Origin: Raillietiella orientalis
Lineage: Eukaryota
DNA length: 64,000 nt
Reading direction: 5' to 3'
NCBI GenBank assembly: GCA_036172245.1
Contig: JAYWIR010000015.1
Location: 372,001 to 436,000 of the forward strand
Of the stretch, positions 53,800 to 64,000 are shown one piece after another. Position 1 is the stretch's first letter. Every line of letters begins with the position of its first letter. The notes under the pieces are model-generated. The model made no database searches. It had not been told where the DNA came from and saw only the letters and a list, made by a program, of their open reading frames with translations. A program made the translations under genes and the position numbers.

Positions 53800-55150
53800 A
53801 GCATCTGCCGCCATAGGTCCGCAGATTTCTCGATCTTCTTGGGCCATCCATCATCCTCCGTTCACCCAAACACAAACATCTTGCTTGCCCATTCGACAAG
53901 GACTCCCATCTCTCTTTTTATTCCATCCTGGAACTCATCTGCTCCGATTAATCTGGCCGTGAAGAAGCATACATCATCGAGCTATCTGTCGCTTCTCCGG
54001 TAAAGGCAATCAGAGATCACCATCCATCTCATTCCTCTTTCCTTTCCTCTAACGATCCTCTTGTGCCTCCGAATTCTACAAGAGGGAACGGAAAGCGTCC
54101 GTTGAAGTTTCAGTGTGCTTTCGGACTTCTCGAGGACTGAAGGAAGCGATGGCCGAGCACAGGAACGGACCTGCGGCCGAGGCCAAATCTCGCGCGTCTC
54201 ATTCTGACGAACGCCTCCTTCTGAACAGTCTAAGGAAACGCAGGAACACAAAGAGTGGGTTTTCCTTTCGAGGAGAATTCGTGCGACTGGCATGCTTTCC
54301 GCTGCGTCATTCAGTAGCGGAAGAAAATGATCAAACCTCGCCTATAGAATGCGCGAGCCCTTTGCTGCCCCGGAGCCCTGCAGATCTGAGTGCCGGGGCC
54401 AAATGGAAACCCCCTAAGGAATTGCGTGGCCCTGTCGCTGCCTCTCTTGCATCCCGGTAGTACCTTTCTGAGTCCCCGAAACTTCGAAAAGCAGCTCCTT
54501 CCAAAGTTTCGAGCGCGCAAGCTGAAAGGAAACATGGGCAGGAGGGAGGGGGGGGGGGGAGAGGACGATGCTACCGGCTTTAGCAAAAGGCATCAAGGTT
54601 AGGAGAAGTGATCTCATCTTTCTCACGCCCTCGAGCTCTCACGTGGAGAAGTCCGTGGTTTTCCTCCTTGTTCGTGGGTTGGAACATTCGGGAAACCCGT
54701 CTATCTCCCAGGAGCGTTGCACGTGGTGTCGAGAGCTGCACCTCGCTGCCGCCAATCGTCCAGGACCGTCCTGGGAGTTCTTCCGGGACCTCTTCCCGGG
54801 TCCCAGGTCCCCAGGGCTCCTTGGCTGCAGCATTGGTTCTCGATCGTTTCTAGAGATAGATACAACGCTAGGCGAAGAGGAGAACTCATCTCCAGGATCT
54901 GATTAAATAACGTACCAAGGATGAATTCGATCCAGAGGCTCCGTTTCTCACCTCCTTCCTCAAGGTATGCTTTGAAGAAGAATGTGAGAGCTGATGAAGA
55001 ATGTGAGAGCGGATCACCAATTGGATCATTTGTCCTCGGCAAAAAAGAATCTCGAACAAAAACTCCGTGCTTGAGGAGAGATTGGACGATGCAAAGGAGG
55101 TCTTGCAGCATCGTTTTCACTGGTTTAGCTCAATGCACCTGGAACCGCAC
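53800..55150 (+). mobile_element. LINE RT fragment N
   Basis: PNGNPLRNCVALSLPLLHPGSTFLSPRNF ~ NG...RQGCPLSPxLF (54390-54602); KGIKV...SVVFL and LLGCSIG ~ YLGxxIG (54568-54906). Confidence 0.62.
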
Positions 55151-55199
55151 CGCATGAACCGAAGGAAGACGATGTAGAATAAATCTTAAAAAAGCTGAT

Positions 55200-56750
55200 A
55201 AGCTATCTTTGCAAGGTCTTCCTCTTCACAAGAAGAGGTGAAGAAGCATTAAGCATTCGATCCAGACACCACTCAACTCTCTGCTCTTCCGTCTGCCAAT
55301 CGAACCAGTACTCCGAGTGCTAGCAGAGGCCCTTGAAGGTGACCCTGAACTGTCTTACAATAATGATCTGGTGCTCATCGCAGTAATAGAAAATGGGTTT
55401 CAAATGCTGCGAGGACATGGAGCAAAAGATAGGTTTTCCATTAACTTCAGTTAGTGTACGTTGCTGTGCTTCGAAGCAAGGAGATCCAGATGGGTGCTGT
55501 TGAAAAAGGCAGATCAACCTTTGAGTATGGTGGTGCTTACAGATATCTAAATAAACCGTTATACCTAGGCTTGTTCATATCAGAGCCCACCAGACAACAA
55601 GTCTTGGCCAAAGCGACCACAGTCGACAGAGCACTGTCCCTATATCAAAAAATAGCTGTCTCGTGAAGCTTCTTCTTTGCCATCCTGGGACACTTCCAAC
55701 AGTGGTGCAGGAATCCAGATCGAAAGTTCCTGAGCAACAGCACAAGACAACTTTTTGAAGAAGTACCGGAACCTACAAAGTAAGTTGGACAACGGTTACG
55801 CATGTACTGATCGCTCGAAGGCATCTCTGCTTGACCTTGAATAAACTTTTGGGACCAAGTCGTGGACCTCGTGAGGTAAATGCAGGAGGTCGAGAGATTA
55901 CCTCACGAGGTCCACGACTTGGTCCCAAAAGTTTATTCAAGGTCAAGCAGTCTCGAATAACTGATAGACCCACTGGATCCAGTAGTGCAGGAATTCTCCA
56001 GAAGAACGCCACGGCTGCGCGCTTTCTCTGCTGGCGGGGATGTGAAAGCACTTGGGTAGGGGTTCAGCGAGGGGAAGAGTCCATCGGGCCCAGAAGTGAT
56101 GACGTGCACTGGAGCAGCAGGAAGGCAGCGTCTGCCAGGACTGAAAGGACTTCGAAGAACCCAGAATCATGACTGGATGATGCAGTTTCTAACAAGAACA
56201 GGAGGAAGAAAATCACCTCCGGTTTTGTACACAATCGGATTCAAGGAAACATGGCGGACCAAGAGATGGCACCTACCTGTTCTAAAATGAAAAGTTAATA
56301 TTCTTTGATCGCGTTAATAAATATTTATCATGGCCTTGAATAAATGTCCTCAACCATTGCTTCGAGAACGGTCATCGGATGAAACGGACTGGTGCCCCGA
56401 ATCGACAGGATCACGCAAGGAGTGTGTTTCAAACCACACCTGGATCTGGTGCTCCAGCGTGACGGAAAAGCATGAGCAGTGGACGTCATTTGCCTCTACG
56501 AGTCTTCTGCTGAAGCATTGAAGAATTAAGACGAAGGAGGAACAAAAGGTTCGGAGGACTGACTATCATTTTGCCGAGGAAGGAGTACTCACATTCATCA
56601 AGGAGGTCGCTGCGCAGAACCAGCAGAACCAACATGGAATCCAGCAAACGGTGCTGAAATGAGAACGGAAATATTCCTAAGAGACAGGTGGAGGACAGCA
56701 ATTCCAGTTCCGTCGGGAAACTTTTGTTTATCTCAGTTGTAATTACTATC
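55200..56750 (-). mobile_element. LINE RT fragment O
   Basis: ILGSSKSFQSW ~ LDxxKAFDxVxW (55943-56170); LLDPVGLSVIRDCLTLNKLLG ~ EPL...IxG; FRYL*AP ~ FRYLGAP (~55533-55553). Confidence 0.65.
55827..55950. repeat. Perfect 53-bp inverted repeat with 18-nt spacer
   Basis: 55827-55879 CTGCTTGACC...GTGAGGTAA is the exact reverse complement of 55898-55950. Confidence 0.97.
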
Positions 56751-56849
56751 TGCCACGGTCTGGCTCTGAGGAAATCCGTGCCCCATCCTTCAGCAGCCCA
56801 TCTGAATCTCGCAGCAAACGGAAGAATGATCAGAGAGCACGGTTGGCGA

Positions 56850-59720
56850 GGAAGGATCCATTAAAAATCCCAGAGAGCGCCGGGCAGCACCATGCATTTT
56901 CAAGGCAAGACGGGCATCTCGAAGGTGCGCCCTCCAACCAGATGACTCTTCCTGGCGTCGAAGATGATTTCAGAAATATGTTGGGTTTTTCAGTTGCTTG
57001 CAACTCCCCGGGATCTTCCTCGTCTTTAGGCATACCTTGAAGACGGAGGTGGGTAGCTGAGCTTCTAGATTTATCGCCGGGCGTTTATTCATCATAAACC
57101 GGTCAGGGACAATGTCCCCAACCAATACAACGACAGAGAACGAAGAGAAGTTACCGACACGCAGGCCAGGCAAACAAACCGCTCGCAACATGGGAGGAGT
57201 AAGGGGATAACAAAAAAACCAAAAAGGGAGGGAAGGGTAACGGGTCTTTGGTGAGGGAACTTCTAGATTGAATTCATCCTTGGTGCGTTATTCCATCAGA
57301 TTCCGGAGATGAACTCTCCACTCTGCCTAGCATTGTGGCTACCTCTGTCCCGAGAGAGCTCCGAAGGTGCGAGGTTCACTCGAAAGGTGAGACCACTTCT
57401 CCCAGTTCTGATGCTTCCTGGATCATTTCGCTTTCTCGTCTCAGAGACACCCTCAGAGCGATCTCTTGTTCCCCTTATTCCTTTCAAACGGTTTTTGTAG
57501 CCTTCATCTACCTATCTGGCCTAATGGGCAGATAGGTGACTCTCATAACGTAACTCTCATGTCCCTTTTCCGGTCTATCCGGTGCAATCTCTGTATCCCT
57601 TGTTTTGTCATGGGATCAACTGGTTTTCTTCCCCATAGCCGTCTTGGGTGCTTTCACTTCGAAACCGGAAACCACAATGCTTTCTTCTCGGGAACGAGAA
57701 CTAGCGCTTGGCAGTTCGAGTGATTATCGTCGACCCCATTGGGATCCAGGGAATGCAAGAACTACGACGTTCTACAAGAGCTCGCAGCCCCGAGAATGTG
57801 CGCGAACTAGCACTTTTATTGATCGAACTAAGGGATCGGGCAGGATGAAGGAGGGCAGGGGAAAGCAGGTTCTTTACGACCCTCACCATCCTCACCATGT
57901 CCACATTCAGTCCACCCTTTCGTTCTATGCGTAAGCTGCTTCCCAACATCCGCTCTGGCTGGAAGCAGCTCGCCGCTGTTCTGTTCGCTTCCACACCGGG
58001 AGCGCGACTCGATCTGCGGGTCCCGTGTGTAGATTCTGCACCCATACTGGAGTCGGGGGAAGTTTTGAGCAGCCTCATCTTGTCGTGATGAGGCTTCGGA
58101 ATCTCCTCTCGCATCATCTCTTCGTTTTGGGGAATCCTGGGACCCTACCGAGAAGGCCATCAGGAATCTGACGGTGACCTGCACGCCCTTCATCCCTGCT
58201 GCTCGTGAGACTGTTTCCCAGTTTCCCTGATCTACCATGATGAAGATGACTGCAGGAAATCATCTCGTGGAACCCTTTCTCCCTTTTTTTCACGCGATTT
58301 GCAGCAGCTAAAATTCGATGAGAAGCAGCACTTACAAGGAGAACTTACACGGACTTTTTCGACATCGGATGCAAGGAGCTGCCAAACTGCAACGCGGACA
58401 GAGGCAGCCCAAACCTCCCAAGGTCTCTTTCCTGGTAGTGGAAATGAATGAGGGGTTCCTTGCCCTGGGGACTTGGTTCCGGATCCCGAATCCGTAGTCG
58501 CCGTGGGTTGTTACCGCCATCCAGGTGCCTGGGACCGTTTGTCGATACTCAGGCGGCGTCGTACTCCCTCAAAACACATCGTTTACTGCCGTCTTGAGGC
58601 ATTGTTCTGGAGTACGACGATCTTCTTCTGCCGCCCTTTCCTTATCCCAAGCCCCAGCAAGGTCCTCCGCCTCTTTGGCACCTTTGTTGGTCTTGGCCTT
58701 CTCGCTCATGTGTTCCTTCGCTCGCTGGGCACGAAGTTCCGAGCAGAGGGCAGGTTCCCCGATTGTTCCCTCTTCAGAGAAGGGTTGGTGTGCTGTTCGA
58801 GAACCAAGACTAGATAGTCCTTTGACACCTCAAAAGCCCTTCCTGGTGGAATTCTTGCTCTCATTCCTTCTTGCCTTTGGTGCCCAGTGGCCCGTAGACA
58901 AATCTTCGGTCTCGGGAGAGACGATGTGGAGCTCCAAAGATCGAGCATCATCTCCGGGAAAGTTAGCACCTGTCTATTTCTTCGTGCATCATTTTAATGT
59001 GCTCAGTACGTCGACACCTGGCGTCGTGGATGACGGAACTCTTCTTGTTGTTGCTTTTTTTCGTTCTTCCAGCCTTTTTTTCTTTCTTCTTTTGGTTTTT
59101 CTGCTCTTTTTCCGGTTCCCCAAGTGCTCAAAAACCGTTGCCTCGTCCCGCAGGAGCGCCTCCGAGCGGCTCGACAACGCCGCCGCCACTGTCATGCGCC
59201 GAGGTGCCCGCGAAACAGAGAAACTCTCACCATTCCTGGAAACAAACTCTTCGAAGGGTCCACGGCCCGATCCTCGGCGGGTTATCGAGGCATCCGGCCG
59301 CGGACGCCAGCGCGCCCTACCAACGCCCGTCCCCAAACCTGGAGCCGTCTCCGCGACGTGCGCGGGATGCTTGGAACTCACGACGCATCCAGCTCTCCCC
59401 TCTCTATGGGTGTGTGAAACTGCAATGCTAAGTGACAGGAGAGGATGCTGTGGCCACCGACGCGGTTCAACCTGTAAAGGACTTCACTCAGGAAGGGAGG
59501 GGAAGAGGATGGGAGAAGAAGTTCCTTGTGCAGCGAAAGAAGCGTCTTGCTACTCTATACGCACAGCTGTGACAGCTGTCCGTACGAGGCAGTCAGGCGC
59601 GCTCATTCGTCGACAAAAAGGAAGGGACAGTTCATTAGCACGTCGATTCTTTCGGTTTGCCTACTCTCCCCTCAAGACCAGACTGATGCGGAGATTCCTC
59701 CGCCGACGCCGGTGAAGGAC
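56850..59720 (+). mobile_element. Degraded LINE relic P (RT-thumb-zf)
   Basis: DQ/TGFLPHSR ~ DQTGFxPGR (~57615); LALGSSSDYRRPHW ~ LDxxKAYDRVxW (~57700); SPPF...IRSGWKQLAAVLFA ~ RQGCPLAPxLF (57897-58088); RALPT...SATCAGCLELTTH..LWVC zf-RVT (~59310-59420). Confidence 0.78.
57860..58185. repeat. Dispersed inverted repeat, copy 2 (partner 48460-48800)
   Basis: Same alignment. ORF-track peptides are near-identical on opposite strands (EIPKPHHDKMRLLKTSPDSS...). Confidence 0.95.
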
Positions 59721-60939
59721 TCCTCCATGCTCTTGAGAGATCCTCAGGAGGGTGCGCGCGTTCAAAGAAGCGCTGGGCGGGAATCGGCAGCTGCAAGAAC
59801 AAAACTCGCCGTATCGTCTCCCGAAGCTGCTGGACCGCTGCTCGGCCTTGCGTCCGCCTTCCTAATTCCCTTCTCCCTCGTTTCTTCTCCTGCAGCTTTC
59901 TATCGTCGCGGAGAACGAAGTTCATTTTATGCACATAAATCATGTCTGGGCGCAGCCGGGAGGAAAAGGAAACAACAACAACAACAAAAAAAAACAGTAA
60001 CCAAAGAGAAATCACGTAGCCGTCGCTATCCACAACAATTCTGTCCACCCCGCCATTGGCCAGGGAAGCTGAGTTCGGAGGTCTCTTCGAAGACGCCGAG
60101 GCTGTTCCGTGAGGGGCGTTTCCGCTTGGACGCCTGAGCGCGCATGAGCCGACCGACCTCGCCTCTGCCGCGATGCTTCCGGTCCCGCGCTCCGAAGGCG
60201 CAGAGCAGAAGCGCGAGGGATGACGGCGGGACCATCCTTTCCGCTTTCGTCTCCGTGCTCCAGCGAATCGGTGGACGGAGAGGGAGGGCGTTTACCAGGG
60301 CGACGCCGAAGGGAACGGAGTACGCTATGAACGAAGCGGCAGCGCGGAAGAGAGGGGTTGGCGGCTTGGCGCTCAGACATGAAAGAGACACGGACGACGA
60401 TGGAGGAGGCTTTTTCCAGCAGACTCAGTTGTCTCGGTGGCACATGAGTTCGCACCTACCAGCAATCTGTGGAAAACAAAGCCTTTTTTTTAAAAAAAAA
60501 AAAAAAATATCATCATCATTATTTTTTTTCTACGCAACTGAGATCACGGCTTAATGTAGACGAAACGACGGTGAGTTCGCGCGCACCGGTCCGCGCTCTT
60601 GAAATTTCCTTTTCTCTCTCTCTCTCTCTCTCTTTTTCTTTTCCTAATGTCCTTGAACGTCAACTGACGATGGATCACCAAACAAGTGAGTGATTTCCCT
60701 TGTGCTTCCTTGCGACACAATTTCCCGCAGCGGTTAATGAAGCGCTTTATTTAGAAATCGCGTAACGCGAGAAAACAGGGCCAGGCGGATGTGAGAGAAA
60801 GAAACAGTTAAATTGGAAAACGGAGACGCAATCTGCAACGGGGTGTGCTGGCTAATTGTTTGGAGCAGATAGGATGCAGGGTGTGCATGCCAACTTGGAT
60901 GCCAGGCTGAAAAGAGAGACATCGGGCGAGAGAACGTAA

Positions 60940-63390
60940 ATGGCTACGAAAACAGGCAACACACCGGCTGACTGCGGGTGGAAACGGGGAAGCGGTAGTC
61001 AAGGAAACAGCGGTGGCGCCAAGATGGTGAAGAAGGAGAGGGAGTGCTCATCATTTTTCTTTTTTTTTTTTGGATCTTTTAACCTGGGAGGAGCAATCCT
61101 CAAGGCTCGGCGATCGCTGGTCGAAAAGCGGCTGCGGTCTCCGGTAACAGGAGATTTGAGGGAACTCATGCCAAGCTCAATCATCAGAAGATGGAACAAA
61201 CCGAACAGGGGGACTGGAAGCACTCGACCAAGGAAAGGCAAACTCCAGAGCAGGCTGAAGCAAAGTGGATCTTCCGAACCACAGACGCTGAACCTCACGC
61301 TCGGAGACTCCATCACTGAACCGAGGAATATCAACTTCTGACCTATAGCGATGCAATGCAAGGAAGCATGGGGATCCCTGATTTCAGAGCACCATAGCTT
61401 GCTTGGGACAGCATCGTGTCCCAGAGCGCTCATTGTACCATAGAGAATGTCTTCTCTGACCACGGATGTATGCGTCCTGTACGACCGAAACTTCTGGCCG
61501 TAGGAGCATCATCTGCCAGGGAGATAGAGCTGACCGAATATGCAGAAGATGCGGATACATTACGTCACATCTTCAGCTACGAGATCTGAAGCCACCAAAC
61601 GATGATCATCGGACTCCAGGGAGAAATCCCGGGAACGAAGGAGAGGACTGCTCTCAAACAGTCGAAACTGGTGGCTTTCAACCCGCTCATCACAGGAACA
61701 GGTTCCGGACTAAGGCCAGATTTGGAGAAGGACCAGTCATCAGCCTAGATGTAAGATAGTCTCTGCGGACATTCTTTCGAGGTGAATGAAAGACGCGAGT
61801 CTGAGAAAGGAAAGCATGAATAAGAATTCGGAAACCTCGGGATTGTAAGCTCAGGCAGACTGTGTGGAGCATGCTGAAACCAGTAGGCAGCATAAGAAAG
61901 GTGACACTCCACTTAGGAATTTCAGAGTCATCCACCAGAAGGAGCACAGAATGGGTCACCAACCGAACTAAACTCGTTCCTGTTGACGACCTGAAGATGA
62001 GCTATGCCAGGATGGACTGCTGGACAGATTATGAGGAATTCCCTTGGACACTGTGCTGCGCGACAAAATTTTGGACTAGAAATTCCGTCCACAATTCAAC
62101 GGACGCTCCGCTTATAAGGGAAATCAGGAAGACACCGGACTTCTCGAGGACTTGGGTCGAAAGCCTATAAGCACATGTGTATCGGGTTACTCCTGCTGCA
62201 AACCCGGATTCCCTCCTTGGGACTCTAGAAGGAAGCCGCTTGGAACGTTCGTCGGGCGCCGAAACGCGTGCAACTTGGTCGTCATGGAAAGAGCAACGGG
62301 TTCGTTTCGGGATGCTCCCCGGCTGAAGATTCGCATCAGCGTGTTCCACCTCCCGCTCATCGTAGGACGAATGACCACTCCCAGACCTACACCGAAGAGT
62401 AGCAGGAAATACCCATCCCTATTCGGAACTCACTCTAAGAGTTTCCTTGAAGGAGAGCACGTCGACCTGAAGCGCGAAAGTTGAAGCGCTCCTGGGCACA
62501 TCTCGTCCCTGAAATCTCTTCTTAATGCTGCAAAAGTCCTTCCGAGTTTTTCGAAAGTGGAGGAACCCGAAAATTACACCCAAGGCAGCGCGGTTTAAAA
62601 AATACCCCCTTCACCCCAGTTTTAAAACGGGCAGAACCGGAAAACCACCGACGCTCTTGAAAATTCAACGGATAATGTCGTGCTGCTGATGGAAATCATG
62701 AAAAGATCAGTGGATGCGAATCAAGGGATGTTAGAAGACGTGCTTTCTTTATGGAGCCTCAGCACCAGAGGCTGCGCACAAATATCCAGGTGCGCTTTCT
62801 TCTTCCTATACTTTCGTTTTGCCATGCAAAGAAGAATTCCACCGTTCATTTGGCTGCTGTTTTTTTTGCAGTTGATACTGCAGAGTTTTTACTTTGTCTC
62901 AAAAAAGATGCTCCATAATGAGACAATACTGTACTCCGGATTTGTTGCCGACAGTGTCTGAATTGGGAGCATTTGCTTATTCTTTAACCGATTTTCGACT
63001 TTTAGAAGCACAAAATTTTTTCGAGATACTGTGTTGAGTATGTCTGCATTCCTGGATTGATACCCGGTTGCACCGGGGCATTTTATTTATCAAAAACATA
63101 AATATGCGAGTCAGTATTATACCAAGCGTCCTGGTCCTGCCACGTTACACATATATACAAGAAGAAACCTGCCGAGCACCGGCACGAAGGCCGGCGAGGT
63201 TCGTCTCGGCAGCAGAGGGAGAGAGGAAACAAACAAAAACAAAAATAATGCAACAAAGAATATGGACAAAAAAACTGGGAGGGTTCGGGAAGGGATCACC
63301 GGATGCTGGAGGACGTCTTCTGCATCCATACCGGCAAGTTCCTGTTTTAGGATCTCCAGATAGGGCCATCTTGAGGCTGTCCTCATGAAG
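60940..63390 (+). mobile_element. LINE 5' ORF2 fragment Q (EN to RT0)
   Basis: GSFNLGGAILKARRSLV ~ SxNvrGL...KR (60940-61341); MYASC...IICQGD ~ vYAP..IIxGD (61466-61759); GKGSPDAGGRLLHPY ~ GKSPGxDG..EFY (63068-63388). A possible ORF1 knuckle remnant LPRCFRS lies at ~60165. Confidence 0.62.
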
Positions 63391-63399
63391 AGGACGGCA

Positions 63400-64000
63400 A
63401 AATAGATGGCGTCCCTATCATTTTCTCCCCCTCTTTCTTTGTTGCTCCTTGCAGCCACGATCCCGCGTAGGCAGCACAGTGCTGCTAGGGATGCGGCCGG
63501 CGTAAGGGAGTCGCACAGAGAGGCGCTTCACGACGTCTCTGGGGCTGCCCTCGGGGATCCGCAGGGACGCGGCAAAGCTTTCCCATAGGGACGGGGGGCG
63601 ACAGAATCCATTAGCAGGTGCTGGAGAGACTCTCCGTGCTTCTGCATTGGGGAAGACCAACTGCCCTTGTCCTTGTGCACCACGGTATAAATGTTCTGAA
63701 GTTTCTGCAAGTACCTCCAGATGCGTTTCTGGTTGCAGCCAAACCATCAAACCTGTTGGTTGTAATTGCAAAGCCAGCGAGGAATGCGGAAGTTTAACCT
63801 GTGAAAGAGGGCTGTGCAAGAGTTGTAGCCAGTTTTGGGGTGTCGAAGGCTTGTCTTTGTTTTTTCTAACATCGATTGTGCAAAACGTCTCACATATTCT
63901 TCAAGATTTTGCGAAACACGGCCACAGTATGAAAAATCGTCAGAATCGGTGTACTGTCCTTGCAAATATCCATGGCTGTGGCTTGTGGACAGGGGAAGAT
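63400..64000 (-). mobile_element. LINE 3' fragment R (zf-RVT), runs off the window end
   Basis: RIWRYLQKL...WSSPMQKHGESLQHLLMDS (63528-63730) resembles the intact knuckle SPNCSRCGATESLPHLLLDC of relic D. Confidence 0.7.

Noticed and set aside
54977..55010. Tandem duplication of GAAGAATGTGAGAGC (period 19)
   Set aside because: Real but trivial two-copy slippage duplication.
55827..55950. Rho-independent terminator or CRISPR repeat
   Set aside because: The context is eukaryotic, there is no U-tract, and it is a single unit with no repeat-spacer periodicity.
58525..59715. Longest ORF (396 aa) as a host gene
   Set aside because: It has a non-ATG start and a poly-F/L stretch from a T-rich tract. 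It is collinear with the thumb and zf-RVT of relic P, so it is best read as a LINE remnant.
62790..62871. GT...polyT-GCAG intron-like segment
   Set aside because: Splicing yields no convincing ORF and the flanks belong to relic Q. A hidden exon cannot be excluded without RNA data.
1..64000. An intact, active retrotransposon, or a species assignment
   Set aside because: All relics have many stops and frameshifts and have lost catalytic residues. No taxon-diagnostic marker is present.

Overview
Eukaryotic, gene-free-looking 64 kb window. It has microsatellites, long homopolymers and GC swinging from about 37% to about 70% in sampled lines, with no credible protein-coding gene, rRNA, tRNA or CRISPR array. 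Reading the short ORFs by eye against the known L1/Tx1-clade non-LTR retrotransposon ORF2 motif order (APE endonuclease, GKxPGxDG, RPIxLLN, QxGFxxGR, LDxxKAxDxV, NGxxS..RQGCPLS, [Y/F]ADD, SGxxxN..KS, YLG, W...LP...GGLG, zf-RVT CxxC..H..C) suggests that almost the whole window is a mosaic of about 18 heavily eroded LINE relics in both orientations. The many long ORFs in the track look like by-products of these relics. Younger structural events sit on top: a perfect 53-bp inverted repeat at 55827-55950, an inverted duplicated RT segment about 9.4 kb apart whose 144-bp core is 142/144 identical (48544-48687 vs 57962-58105), a direct duplicated endonuclease segment (19660-19784 vs 21594-21718), and several short near-perfect hairpins. 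Relic boundaries are approximate (plus or minus a few hundred bp) and motif matches are visual, not HMM-verified. The host species cannot be determined from the sequence.
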